A stretch of 40,000 bases of DNA. Origin: Microbulbifer sp. TB1203. GTDB lineage: Bacteria; Pseudomonadota; Gammaproteobacteria; Pseudomonadales; Cellvibrionaceae. This document shows, piece after piece, positions 16,805 through 26,504 of this stretch (its first letter is position 1; every line of letters begins with the position of its first letter). Where the stretch lies: positions 282,111-322,110 of the forward strand of contig NZ_CP116899.1 in the NCBI RefSeq assembly GCF_030997045.1, in the 5' to 3' direction. A program made the translations under genes and the position numbers. The notes beneath the pieces were generated by a model. That model saw nothing but the letters and a program-made list of their open reading frames with translations, searched no databases and was not told the DNA's origin.

Positions 16805-16846
16805 AGTCCCGAGTCCCGAGTCCCGAGTCCCGAGTCCCGAGTCCCG
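16805..16846 (+). repeat. heptanucleotide microsatellite (AGTCCCG)x6
   Basis: Six perfect tandem copies ending 14 nt upstream of the putative rnpB -35 hexamer. Confidence 0.95.
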
Positions 16847-16860
16847 AGTCCCGATATCCC

Positions 16861-16889
16861 TTGCATCCCCCCTCCCGCCACATTACCCT
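16861..16889 (+). promoter_or_regulatory. candidate sigma70 promoter of rnpB
   Basis: TTGCAT, a 17-nt spacer, then TACCCT (fits TAnnnT). The -10 hexamer ends 7 nt before the predicted 5' end of RNase P RNA. Confidence 0.45.
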
Positions 16890-16896
16890 TCGCCGC

Positions 16897-17265
<369 letters not shown>

Positions 17266-17273
17266 TTCAGCTT

Positions 17274-17317
17274 CCCCTCCGCGAGTCAGTCGCGGAGGGG
17301 AACCCTTTTCGCTCTTT
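17274..17317 (+). terminator. rho-independent terminator of rnpB
   Basis: An 11-bp GC-rich stem CCCCTCCGCGA / TCGCGGAGGGG with loop GTCAG, followed by AACCCTTTTCGCTCTTT. Confidence 0.7.
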
Positions 17318-17420
17318 ACCCCCTTTGTTTTATCTCCCACCTTCCGGAAAGACTGAAATTTTTCTTTTCTTACCCCTGCGACCCAACTGTTGATCGGAGT
17401 CTCTGCGGACCATAGAATGA

Positions 17421-17434
17421 TATGATGCATCATA
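17421..17434. promoter_or_regulatory. perfect 14-bp palindrome TATGATGCATCATA upstream of the TonB-dependent receptor (candidate metalloregulator/Fur-like operator)
   Basis: It lies 15 nt upstream of the receptor ATG and is AT-rich with ATGAT/ATCAT half sites. It only loosely resembles the GATAATGATAATCATTATC Fur consensus. Confidence 0.35.
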
Positions 17435-17448
17435 ACTAAGACTTGATT

Positions 17449-19575
17449 ATGAAAACAAAACCGAAGCTGCCTTCCCGACATCCGATCTTCGCAGGCGTCA
17501 TTTTTCTATTGGGAAGCCCTTCCCTCCTGGCTGGTGATTATTCCCAGCAGGAATTGGAAGAGGTGGTAGTGGTCTCCCAGAAGCAGCCCTACCGCGGCGA
17601 TACTCCGCTGGAATCCCTGCCGCAGGCGATACAGGTTCTCTCCGGTGATTCGCTCGCCGAAATGGGCGTTGTGGAGTTTCAGGGCGCGCTGGATTTCGCC
17701 AGCGGCGTGGCGCGCCAGAATAATTTTGGCGGGCTCTGGGACAGCTTCGCCGTCCGCGGCTTTGCCGGTGACGAAAATGTACCCTCCGGATACCTGATCA
17801 ATGGCTTCAATGCCGGCCGGGGCTTTAGCGGCCTCCGGGATATCTCCAATATTGATCGCATCGAGGTGATGAAAGGACCCGGTTCCGCGCTGTATGGGCG
17901 CAGCGAACCGGGCGGAACCATCAACCTGGTCACAAAGAAGCCTCAGTTTGAAACCGATGGCTATGTCCAGGTCTCGGCCGGGCGCTACGACTCCTATCGG
18001 TTGGAAGGGGACTACACCGGGGCGCTGACGGACAGTATCGCCTTTCGGGTCAACGGCGCCTACGACGAAGCCCAGGGCTACAGGAATACCGAGCCGCAGA
18101 AGTACGCGTTGAATCCCTCGCTGCTGTTCAACCTCTCCGACGGCACATCCCTGTCGTACGAACTGGAACTGGTGGAGCAGGAGGCCCTGTTCGACCGCGG
18201 CATAGTCGCCATCGACGGCGACCCGGATGTGCTGCCGGTGAGCCGGTTTCTCGGCGACCCGCAGAACGGGCCCATGGAAATAGAGGCAACCGGCCACCAA
18301 GTGGTGTTGCAGCACCAGTTGGACAGCGGCTGGTTGCTGCTGGCGGGGCCTGGTTACCGGGAGTCTTCCTTCGAGGGGTACTCCGCCGACGCCGAACTCT
18401 CCGCCGGACGGCAGTTGCTGCTGGAGGACGGCAGGACATTGACCCGGCAGCGCCGCTACCGGGATTACGACGCGGAGGACCTGTCCGGCCGCGTGGAACT
18501 GACCGGCTCCTTTGACACTGGCGGTTTCACCCACCACCTGCTGGTGGGGGTGGATGCCTACGAGTTCGAGCTGGGCACCGTCCAGCACCGCTGGCGGGTG
18601 GGCTTCGCCTCCATGGACCCGACTTATTCCATCGATATCTTCGATCCGGTCTATGGCGGCGAGCAGCCGGTGCCGACGCCGCAGGTCGACAAGTTCGAAG
18701 AGCAGAGCGCCCAGGGTGTTTATGTTCAGGACCAGATCGACCTGGGGGAGCAGTGGAAGATGCTGCTGGGGGTGCGCTACGACGATTTCGACCAGCAGAT
18801 CACCAACCGCCTGGCGGGCACCCGCAGCTCAGAATCCCAGACCGCCACCAGCCCGCGCGCCGGGCTGGTGTACGAGGCGACGCCCAACCTGTCGCTCTAC
18901 GCCAGCTACGCGGAGGGCTTCAGGCCGAATACCGGCTCCGATTTCTCCGGGGAGGCGTTCGATCCGGAGGAAAGCAAGTCCTATGAAGCCGGTATCAAAA
19001 TGTCCACGGAGGACGGCCGCCTGGCGGGAACCCTGGCGGTGTTCAGGGCGGAGAAATCCAATGTGCTCACCGCGGACTTGGTCAACGGCGGCTCCGCCGC
19101 ATTGGGCGAGGCGGAGAGCCGCGGTGTGGAATTCGACCTGTCCGGGGAAGTCGCCGAAAACCTGCGCCTGCAATTCACCTACGCCTATGTGGACGCCGAG
19201 ACCGGCAGGGACGTAACTGATCGCGACTGGATTGTAGACATACCCGCAGGCAGCCGCCTGATCAATATTCCCGAGCACAGCGGCAGCCTGTCGCTCGCGC
19301 GGGATTTTGAAATCGGCGGCGCTCCGGCAATGCTGGGACTGGGGGTCAACTATGTGGGCGAGCGGCTGGGGGAAACCATCGACCCCGACTATATTCTGCC
19401 GGAGTACACCCTGGTGAACCTGTTCGCCTCCTATTCGCCGGTCGGCAAGCTGAAATTTTTTGCGAATATCGACAACCTTCTGAACGAGCGGTACTACAGC
19501 AGTTCCTATCACAAATGGTGGACCATGCCCGGCGCCCCGCTTACTTATACCCTGGGCATGCGTTACAGTCTGTAA
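17449..19575 (+). CDS. TonB-dependent (siderophore-type) outer-membrane receptor
   Basis: It has a signal peptide, a TonB-box-like EEVVVVS, a plug domain (IEVMKGPGSALYGRSEPGGTINLVTKKP), and a ~550-aa beta-barrel with typical C-terminal strands. The ATG at 17449 is preferred over TTG 17443. Confidence 0.88.
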   Translation: MKTKPKLPSRHPIFAGVIFLLGSPSLLAGDYSQQELEEVVVVSQKQPYRGDTPLESLPQAIQVLSGDSLAEMGVVEFQGALDFASGVARQNNFGGLWDSFAVRGFAGDENVPSGYLINGFNAGRGFSGLRDISNIDRIEVMKGPGSALYGRSEPGGTINLVTKKPQFETDGYVQVSAGRYDSYRLEGDYTGALTDSIAFRVNGAYDEAQGYRNTEPQKYALNPSLLFNLSDGTSLSYELELVEQEALFDRGIVAIDGDPDVLPVSRFLGDPQNGPMEIEATGHQVVLQHQLDSGWLLLAGPGYRESSFEGYSADAELSAGRQLLLEDGRTLTRQRRYRDYDAEDLSGRVELTGSFDTGGFTHHLLVGVDAYEFELGTVQHRWRVGFASMDPTYSIDIFDPVYGGEQPVPTPQVDKFEEQSAQGVYVQDQIDLGEQWKMLLGVRYDDFDQQITNRLAGTRSSESQTATSPRAGLVYEATPNLSLYASYAEGFRPNTGSDFSGEAFDPEESKSYEAGIKMSTEDGRLAGTLAVFRAEKSNVLTADLVNGGSAALGEAESRGVEFDLSGEVAENLRLQFTYAYVDAETGRDVTDRDWIVDIPAGSRLINIPEHSGSLSLARDFEIGGAPAMLGLGVNYVGERLGETIDPDYILPEYTLVNLFASYSPVGKLKFFANIDNLLNERYYSSSYHKWWTMPGAPLTYTLGMRYSL

Positions 19576-19597
19576 TGCGATAGGGAGCGTCAATTCT

Positions 19598-20794
19598 ATG
19601 AACAGCACATCTACGACAGTGCCAGCTTTTACTTCAGCCACCGCGGTTTCGGAGGAAACTGCCACCAGGTCGCGTATCGCGTCGATCGATATTATGCGTG
19701 GGTTGGTGATCCTGCTGATGCTGGTCGACCACGTGCGGGAAAGGCTCTACCTGCATATGCAGGTTTCCGATCCGATGGATGTGAGCAGCACCTCGCCCGG
19801 CCTTTTTTTTACCCGCTGGTCGGCCCACTTCTGCGCGCCCACTTTTATATTTCTGGCCGGACTGTCCGCCTGGCTGTACGCCCATCCGGCGAGAGGAGGG
19901 TTCCGCTCGCCGAGCGCTTTTCTGTTCAAGCGCGGAATTTTTCTATTGTTCCTCGAGGTGGCGCTGATCAATTTTTCCTGGCTTGGCAGCTATCAAACCC
20001 TGTGGCTGCAGGTTATCTGGGCCATTGGCCTGAGCATGATCGCGCTCTCCCTGCTGGTAAAACTGCGCTACTGGATAATCGGCGCGCTGGGTTTCCTGAT
20101 CGTTTTCGGCCACAACCTGTTGACCCCGATCAGTTTTTCTCCCGGCGAATTCGGCTACAGCCTCTGGACCATACTCCACGATCGCGGCTTCCTGCTGGAC
20201 AGCGAAACCCTGCGCATCAAGATCAGCTATCCGGTGCTGCCCTGGATTGGCGTCATTCTGCTGGGATATTTTGCCGGTCCACTCTACGCGCGTGCAGTGG
20301 AGTCTGTGCACCGTCGGAAAATGCTGCTGGCATTGGGACTTGGCTGTCTGGCGCTGTTGCTGGTGCTGCGCGGTTTTAATCTCTATGGCGAAACGCTTCC
20401 CTGGGTTGAGGGGCAGACTGCGCTGCAGACATTGATGTCCTTTGTCAATTTCACCAAATACCCGCCGTCGCTGTCGTTCCTGTTGATGACGCTGGGCGCG
20501 ATGTTTTTGCTGCTGGCGTGGTTCGAAAACCGCAGCGGCAGAATGCCCGATATATTGGAGACCTTCGGTTCCGTGCCGATGTTTTTCTACATCCTGCACC
20601 TCTACGTCCTGCTGGTCGGCTACGAGATCCTGCTGGCGATTTTCGGCCCCAACCATGGCGAAGGCTTCGGTGTCGACCACCTCTGGTGGATCTGGCTGAT
20701 CGCGGGACTGCTGTCGGCGCTGCTCTATTTCCCCACTCGGGCCTTCGCCCGGTTCAAGCACGGCACCAACCGCGCCTGGGCCAAATACCTCTGA
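19598..20794 (+). CDS. DUF1624 / heparan-alpha-glucosaminide N-acetyltransferase-like polytopic membrane protein
   Basis: 398-aa ORF with RIASIDIMRGLVILLMLVDHVRE near the N-terminus and about 10 hydrophobic helices. It starts 22 nt after the receptor gene. Confidence 0.65.
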   Translation: MNSTSTTVPAFTSATAVSEETATRSRIASIDIMRGLVILLMLVDHVRERLYLHMQVSDPMDVSSTSPGLFFTRWSAHFCAPTFIFLAGLSAWLYAHPARGGFRSPSAFLFKRGIFLLFLEVALINFSWLGSYQTLWLQVIWAIGLSMIALSLLVKLRYWIIGALGFLIVFGHNLLTPISFSPGEFGYSLWTILHDRGFLLDSETLRIKISYPVLPWIGVILLGYFAGPLYARAVESVHRRKMLLALGLGCLALLLVLRGFNLYGETLPWVEGQTALQTLMSFVNFTKYPPSLSFLLMTLGAMFLLLAWFENRSGRMPDILETFGSVPMFFYILHLYVLLVGYEILLAIFGPNHGEGFGVDHLWWIWLIAGLLSALLYFPTRAFARFKHGTNRAWAKYL

Positions 20795-21174
20795 CGGGTG
20801 CGGCCGCGCCCCGTTTGGGGCAGCGGTCAGCTTCCGGAGTCTGTCCATCAATCTTGCACCATAGTTGACCGGCGGGCGGTTCCTTCCCCTCCGTTCCGCT
20901 GCCGAAATGAACCTGGCGGGAAAAGCATTCCCGCCCGCGCCCTTTCCCCTGGTCGTTGAATTTCCCGCCACTCGGTCAATACTCTGTTAGTGTTTGCTAA
21001 CAGATGCGGATTCAATCCCATCGAGGCCGAAGTTAAAGTAATATCTCATCTTGAATAAGTAAGTGCTTGCTTCACGGCGCAATTGCGGTGCCGAAAACCC
21101 TCTGCCAACTCACCGGTTACCCCCTGCAGGCCGCGAAATTACTGGGATTTCGCGGCATTTTGCCGTTGATTTCC

Positions 21175-21202
21175 TTGACTTTGCGCAGACCAGATTTATA
21201 GT
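21175..21202 (+). promoter_or_regulatory. candidate Pmra sigma70 promoter
   Basis: TTGACT (21175-21180), a 16-nt spacer, then TATAGT (21197-21202), about 150 nt upstream of mraZ. Confidence 0.6.
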
Positions 21203-21209
21203 GTCGCAA

Positions 21210-21283
21210 GTGGAAAAAAGTGGAAATTTGTGGAGTTTGGTGGTTTATTTGAGTTTGTAAGTGGGTATTCACCAGTATGTGGA
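21210..21283 (+). promoter_or_regulatory. MraZ-box array (phased GTGGA/GTGGT/GTGGG direct repeats)
   Basis: GTGGA at 21210, 21220 and 21230 and GTGGT at 21240 have exact 10-bp spacing. Further copies are GTGGG at 21261 and GTGGA at 21279. The array starts immediately downstream of the -10 hexamer. Confidence 0.65.
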
Positions 21284-21355
21284 TGAAAAACGCGCAAACC
21301 CACGACCACACAACAATGCACCCACGGGTATTTGAACAGCAGGCTTGGACAAAAA

Positions 21356-21799
21356 GTGTATCTGGGCAGCCACGCAATCAATATGGACGCCAAAGGGCGT
21401 CTGGCCATTCCGGCGCGGGTCCGCGACTCGCTGCTGGAAGATTGTGCCGGCCGCCTGGTGGTCACCGCCCATACCGAAGAGCGCTGCCTGCTGGTGTACC
21501 CGGAGCCCCAGTGGCAGGAGATCCTGCCCAAAATCGAGGCCCTGTCCAGCTTCAACAAAGTGGCGCGCCGCGCCCAGCGATTGCTGATCGGCTACGCCTG
21601 CGAGCTGCAGGTGGACGGCAATGGCCGCGTACTGATTCCGCCGACCCTGCGCGAATACGCCGGCCTGGAAAAGAAACTGATGCTGGTGGGGCAGGGCAAG
21701 AAACTGGAGCTGTGGAGCGAGGACCGCTGGATGGACTGGCTCGACAGCAGTGAGGGAGAGGGCGAGATGCCGGAAGAGATGGCGTCGCTCTCTTTGTGA
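21356..21799 (+). CDS. mraZ: transcriptional regulator MraZ
   Basis: The GTG start gives [19 protein letters not shown], residue-for-residue colinear with E. coli MFRGATLVNLDSKGRLSVP. A second DxxGR repeat ([11 protein letters not shown]) is present. Confidence 0.88.
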   Translation: MYLGSHAINMDAKGRLAIPARVRDSLLEDCAGRLVVTAHTEERCLLVYPEPQWQEILPKIEALSSFNKVARRAQRLLIGYACELQVDGNGRVLIPPTLREYAGLEKKLMLVGQGKKLELWSEDRWMDWLDSSEGEGEMPEEMASLSL

Positions 21800-21807
21800 G
21801 GTTGTGG

Positions 21808-21828
21808 ACTCGAGACTCGGAACCCGAA
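21808..21828 (+). repeat. degenerate heptamers (ACTCGAG ACTCGGA ACCCGAA)
   Basis: Decayed copies of the ACTCGGG unit, 20 nt from the same end of the MITE-like element as the array at 16805-16846. Confidence 0.5.
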
Positions 21829-21848
21829 ACGAGTAGGCAAGCGTGATG

Positions 21849-21978
21849 CGAAGGCCCTGATGCCGGGGGCTGTTTGCGGGACCTTCTGCGGCCATGGATG
21901 GCCGTGGAGAGCGTACAGGGACGTATTTAAGGGGGGCGCCTAGCCCGTGTCCCGCAAACAGCCCCCGGTAGCAGGGCT
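21849..21978 (+). mobile_element. ~130-nt MITE-like element, copy 2, in the mraZ-rsmH spacer
   Basis: CGAAGGCCCTGATGCCGGGGGCTGTTTGCGGG...CCCGCAAACAGCCCCCGGTAGCAGGGCT, the reverse complement of 16650-16780. Confidence 0.8.
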
Positions 21979-22017
21979 GCCCGGAAGCCCGATATATATA
22001 GATAGGAGAAAAGCTGT

Positions 22018-22959
22018 TTGTCGCAAGAACTGCACCGCAGCGTGCTATTGCGCGAAGCCGTGGACGCCCTGGTCACCGACCCGGGCGGCTTTTATATAGA
22101 CGGCACTTTCGGTCGCGGCGGACACAGCGCGGCGATCCTGCAGCGGCTGAACAGCGAGGGGCGCCTGCTGGGTATCGACAAGGACCCCCAGGCGGTGGCC
22201 TACGCCGGCGAACGCTTTGCCGATGACAGGCGCTTCACCATCTGGCACGGCTCCTTCGCCACAATGGACGAGGCGGCCGAAGAACATCGCGGAGAAGTCA
22301 GCGGCATCCTGCTCGACCTGGGCGTGTCCTCACCCCAGCTGGACCAGGCCGAGCGGGGCTTCAGCTTTATGCAGGACGGCCCGCTGGATATGCGCATGGA
22401 CACCAGCCGCGGCATCAGCGCCGCGGAATGGGTCAACAGCGAGTCGGAAGCCGAATTGGCGCGGGTCTTCAGGGAATACGGCGAAGAGCGCTTCGCCCGG
22501 CGGATGGCCGCAGCCATAGTGCGGCGCCGGGCAGAAAAGCCCTTCCGGCGCACCCTGGACCTGGCGGAAGTGGTCAAGGCAGCCAACCCCGCCTGGGAAA
22601 AAGGCAAGCACCCGGCGACGCGGGTGTTCCAGGCGATCCGTATCCATATCAATGGAGAGCTGGAAGACCTGGAGCAGGCGCTGGAAAAATCCCTGCAACT
22701 GCTCGCCCCCGGCGGGCGGCTGGTAGTGATCAGCTTCCACTCGCTGGAAGACCGGCTGGTAAAGCGCTTTATCCGCGACCAGGAGCGCGGGCCGAAACTG
22801 CCCCGCGGCCTGCCGGTGATGGACAAGCAGATCGCAAGGAAACTGCGCTCCATGGGCAAAGCGGTCCGCGCCGAAGCCGGTGAAGTGGATGAAAACCTGC
22901 GCTCGCGCAGTGCGGTAATGCGGGTGGCCGAAAGATTGGGTGGAGAGAAACTGCCGTGA
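22018..22959 (+). CDS. rsmH: 16S rRNA (cytosine1402-N4)-methyltransferase RsmH (MraW)
   Basis: TTG start 9 nt after AGGAGA. It has [10 protein letters not shown]...[12 protein letters not shown]...[10 protein letters not shown]...SFHSLEDR motifs. Confidence 0.9.
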   Translation: MSQELHRSVLLREAVDALVTDPGGFYIDGTFGRGGHSAAILQRLNSEGRLLGIDKDPQAVAYAGERFADDRRFTIWHGSFATMDEAAEEHRGEVSGILLDLGVSSPQLDQAERGFSFMQDGPLDMRMDTSRGISAAEWVNSESEAELARVFREYGEERFARRMAAAIVRRRAEKPFRRTLDLAEVVKAANPAWEKGKHPATRVFQAIRIHINGELEDLEQALEKSLQLLAPGGRLVVISFHSLEDRLVKRFIRDQERGPKLPRGLPVMDKQIARKLRSMGKAVRAEAGEVDENLRSRSAVMRVAERLGGEKLP

Positions 22960-23237
22960 GCGGGAAGAGGATACTGGTGGTGGCCGCGCTATGGCTGGCC
23001 GCCATCACCTCCTCGCTGGCGGTGGTTTACAGCACCCACCGCAGCCGCGCACTCACTGCGGAGCTGGTGGAAGCGCAGCACACCCGCGATGAGCTGCGCT
23101 ACGAACAGGAGCGCCTGCTGCTGGAGCGCGGCGCCTGGTCCGCCTACAACCGTATCGAACAGGTGGCGCGGGAAAAACTGAATATGCACGTGCCGGCTCC
23201 CGAGGAGCGGGTATTGATTAAAAAGGCCGAGGACTAG
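22956..23237 (+). CDS. ftsL: cell division protein FtsL
   Basis: 93-aa bitopic protein with a GTGA start/stop overlap with rsmH, a TM helix, then a coiled-coil ([22 protein letters not shown]). Confidence 0.85.
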   Translation: MSGKRILVVAALWLAAITSSLAVVYSTHRSRALTAELVEAQHTRDELRYEQERLLLERGAWSAYNRIEQVAREKLNMHVPAPEERVLIKKAED

Positions 23238-23244
23238 AGAGCAA

Positions 23245-25005
23245 ATGGGCGCGGTGAAAAAGCAGCAACCACAACCGGGTATCGCCCGCTGGCGCTTTGC
23301 GCTGGTGGCGGTCCTGCTGTGCCTGCTTGCCCTGGCCCTGGTCCTGCACCTCGCACGCTTGCAGGTACTGCCGGAGGAGGAGCGCGGCTACCGCTTCCTG
23401 CAGGACCAGGGGCGCGCGCGCACCATTCGCAGCGAAGAGATCGCCGCCTACCGCGGCGCCATCCTCGATCGCAATGGCGAACTGCTCGCGGTGAGCACCC
23501 CGGTGCACAGCCTCTGGGCCAACCCCGAGCTGCTGCGCGAAGCCGGCGCCGACGAACTGCGCCGCCTCGCCGCAGCCCTGGAGATGAAACCGGCGGACCT
23601 GGCCAAACGCCTGGAAAAATACCGCAACAAGGAGTTCATGTACCTGCGCCGCCACCTGTCGCCGGACCAGGCGGGCAGGGCCCTGTCCCTGGACATTGCC
23701 GGCGTCTACAGCAAAAAGGAATACCGCCGGTTCTATCCGGCCGGCGAGGTGGTGGCCCAGTTGCTCGGCTTTACCAATATCGACGACCGCGGCCAGGAGG
23801 GGTTGGAACTGGCCTACGACCAATGGCTCTCCGGCGAACCCGGCCGCCAGCAGGTGGTCAAGGACCTGAAAGGCCGCACGGTGCAGGACCTGGCCACCGA
23901 GCGGGAGGCGCGCCCCGGCCGCGACCTGCGCCTGTCCATCGACATGCGCCTGCAGTACCTGGCCTACCGCGAACTCAAGCGCACAGTGGCCGAAAACGAG
24001 GCCAGCTCCGGCCTTATGGTGATTCTGGACACCCGCAGCGGAGACGTGCTGGCCATGGCCAGCCAGCCCTCCTTCAACCCCAACAACCGCGAGGGCACCC
24101 CGGCGGCGGCCATGCGCAACCGCGCGCTGATCGACCAGTTCGAACCGGGCTCCACCATCAAGCCGCTCACCGCGCTGGCGGCGCTGGAGAGCGGGCGCTA
24201 CCAGTCGCACACGCCGATCGACACCAGCCCCGGCTATATCCGTCTGCCGGGCAAGACCCTGGTGGACCCGGTGAACTACGGCCAACTGGACCTGACCGGT
24301 GTGATCACCAAGTCCAGCCAGGTGGGTATCACCAAAGTTGCCATGGATCTGGAACCAAACGTACTGCGCGAACTCTTTTACCGCCTGGGCCTGGGGGAGG
24401 CGGTGGGCAGCGGTTTCCCCGGGGAGGTGGCGGGCATACTGCCCAGCCGTAGCCGCTGGCACCCGATCGAGCGGGCCAATTTCGCCTTCGGCTACGGCAT
24501 GACGGTGAACGCGGTGCAACTGGCCCACGCCTACAGCGTGGTGGCCAATGCCGGGCTCAAGCGCCCGGTTTCGCTGGTTTTATCGGAAGACAAAAAAGCC
24601 GACGAAGCCGAACGGGTGGTGGAGGAACCCCTGGCGCGGCAGGTGACCGCGATGCTTGAGACCGTAATCGGCCCCCGGGGCACCGGCAAGCACGCGGCTG
24701 TCGAGGGCTACCGGGTGGCGGGAAAGACCGGCACGGTGCATAAGGTGGGCAGCCAGGGTTACGTGGACAACCGTTACCGCTCGGTATTTGCCGGTTTTAT
24801 CCCCGCGGACAGGCCGCGCCTGGCCGCGGTGGTGGTGATCGACGATCCCAAGCACGCCAAATACTACGGCGGCGAAGTGGCCGCCCCGGTGTTCGGCGCG
24901 GTGATGGCCGGTGCGATGCGCCTGCTGCAGGTGCCGCCCGCCGAAGTGGCGTCGCCGGAACAGCAATTGGCCAGGCGATTGGAATTGAGAGGTACGAAAT
25001 CGTGA
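23245..25005 (+). CDS. ftsI: peptidoglycan D,D-transpeptidase FtsI (PBP3)
   Basis: 586 aa with an N-terminal TM anchor, a PBP dimerisation domain, and transpeptidase motifs STIKP, SSQ(V)G and KTGT. Confidence 0.92.
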   Translation: MGAVKKQQPQPGIARWRFALVAVLLCLLALALVLHLARLQVLPEEERGYRFLQDQGRARTIRSEEIAAYRGAILDRNGELLAVSTPVHSLWANPELLREAGADELRRLAAALEMKPADLAKRLEKYRNKEFMYLRRHLSPDQAGRALSLDIAGVYSKKEYRRFYPAGEVVAQLLGFTNIDDRGQEGLELAYDQWLSGEPGRQQVVKDLKGRTVQDLATEREARPGRDLRLSIDMRLQYLAYRELKRTVAENEASSGLMVILDTRSGDVLAMASQPSFNPNNREGTPAAAMRNRALIDQFEPGSTIKPLTALAALESGRYQSHTPIDTSPGYIRLPGKTLVDPVNYGQLDLTGVITKSSQVGITKVAMDLEPNVLRELFYRLGLGEAVGSGFPGEVAGILPSRSRWHPIERANFAFGYGMTVNAVQLAHAYSVVANAGLKRPVSLVLSEDKKADEAERVVEEPLARQVTAMLETVIGPRGTGKHAAVEGYRVAGKTGTVHKVGSQGYVDNRYRSVFAGFIPADRPRLAAVVVIDDPKHAKYYGGEVAAPVFGAVMAGAMRLLQVPPAEVASPEQQLARRLELRGTKS

Positions 25006-26504
25006 GTCAGCACAAGGTTTCCCTGTTGCAGCTGGTGCCCGGCTACGCGGGCATCCCCGATATCCCGGTGACCGGAGTGGCGCTGGACAGCCGCAAGGTG
25101 CACGCCGGCGAACTGTTTATGGCCCTGCGCGGCACCCTGGTGGACGGTCGCGACTATATCGATGCGGCAATAGCGGCCGGCGCCGGCGCGGTGCTGGCGG
25201 ACGGCGACAAGCTGGGCAGCGAAACCCGCAACGGGGTGGAAGTGGTCTGCGTGCCGGGCCTGGCCAAGCGCGTGGGGGAAATCGCCGCGCGTTTTTACGA
25301 TCACCCTACGGAGTCCATCCACCTGGTGGGGGTGACCGGTACCAACGGCAAATCCACCTGTGCCTACCTCACTTCCCAACTGCTGGCGCGGCATTTCGGC
25401 AGCGCCGCAGTGATGGGCACCATCGGCAACGGCGTGTGGAAGGACGGCGATATAGAGCTGCAGGAAACTGGCCTCACCACCCCGGACCCGGTACACCTGC
25501 AGGCGGAATATGCGGAATTTCGCGATCGCGGCGTGCGCGCCGCGGCCATGGAAGTGTCCTCCCACTCACTGGCCCAGGGCCGGGTACACGGGCTCACTTT
25601 CGACACCGCGATTTTCACCAACCTGTCCCGGGATCACCTGGACTACCACGGCACCATGGCCGCCTACGGCGCCGCCAAGGAAAAACTGTTCGGCCTGCCC
25701 AAGCTCAAGCGCGGGATCATCAACCTGGACGACCCCTTCGGCGCGCAGCTGGCGGAGCGCTGCAGGCTGCGCAACCTGAAGGTGGTGACTTACGGCCTGC
25801 AGGCGGGCGACCTGCACGCCACCGACCTGCGCCGCCTGGACAGCGGGTTTTCGGTACAGCTCGCCAGCCCCTGGGGCAGCGGCGAACTGGTGGCGCCGCT
25901 GATCGGAGATTTCAATATTCACAATGCGCTGGCGGTGGTGGCCGCTGCGGCCGCAGGGGGAATGCCGTTCGACGATATTCTCTCGGCCTTTCCCCATATC
26001 CGCGCAGTGCCCGGGCGCATGGAGCGGGTACAGGTGGAGAGCGCGGACGAGGTTACCGTGCTGGTGGACTACGCCCACACCCCGGAGGCCCTGCGCGCGG
26101 CCCTGGCGGCGGCGCGCCCTTACTGCCGCGGCAGGCTCTGGTGCGTATTCGGCTGCGGCGGCGACCGCGACACCGGCAAGCGCGCACCCATGGGCCGCAT
26201 CGCCTCGGAAATGGCCGACCGCGCCATCGCCACCAGCGACAACCCGCGCAGCGAGGACCCGCAAAAAATCATCGACGATATTCTCGAGGGCGCGGCCAGC
26301 AATATGGAAGTGGAAATCGACCGCGGCGCGGCTATTGCCCGCGCCGTGCGCGAGGCGCAGCCCGGCGACATAGTGTTGATCGCCGGCAAGGGCCACGAGA
26401 ACTACCAGATTATCGGCGGGGAGAAAATTCATTTCTGCGACCGCGAACAGGCCGCCGCGGTCCTGCGTGAGCGCACCGCCGGCCAGATAGGAGCCACAGA
26501 GTGA
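25002..26504 (+). CDS. murE: UDP-N-acetylmuramoyl-L-alanyl-D-glutamate--2,6-diaminopimelate ligase MurE
   Basis: 500 aa with the Mur ligase P-loop GVTGTNGKST and the DNPR motif (TSDNPRSEDP). It overlaps ftsI by 4 nt. Confidence 0.92.
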   Translation: MSQHKVSLLQLVPGYAGIPDIPVTGVALDSRKVHAGELFMALRGTLVDGRDYIDAAIAAGAGAVLADGDKLGSETRNGVEVVCVPGLAKRVGEIAARFYDHPTESIHLVGVTGTNGKSTCAYLTSQLLARHFGSAAVMGTIGNGVWKDGDIELQETGLTTPDPVHLQAEYAEFRDRGVRAAAMEVSSHSLAQGRVHGLTFDTAIFTNLSRDHLDYHGTMAAYGAAKEKLFGLPKLKRGIINLDDPFGAQLAERCRLRNLKVVTYGLQAGDLHATDLRRLDSGFSVQLASPWGSGELVAPLIGDFNIHNALAVVAAAAAGGMPFDDILSAFPHIRAVPGRMERVQVESADEVTVLVDYAHTPEALRAALAAARPYCRGRLWCVFGCGGDRDTGKRAPMGRIASEMADRAIATSDNPRSEDPQKIIDDILEGAASNMEVEIDRGAAIARAVREAQPGDIVLIAGKGHENYQIIGGEKIHFCDREQAAAVLRERTAGQIGATE

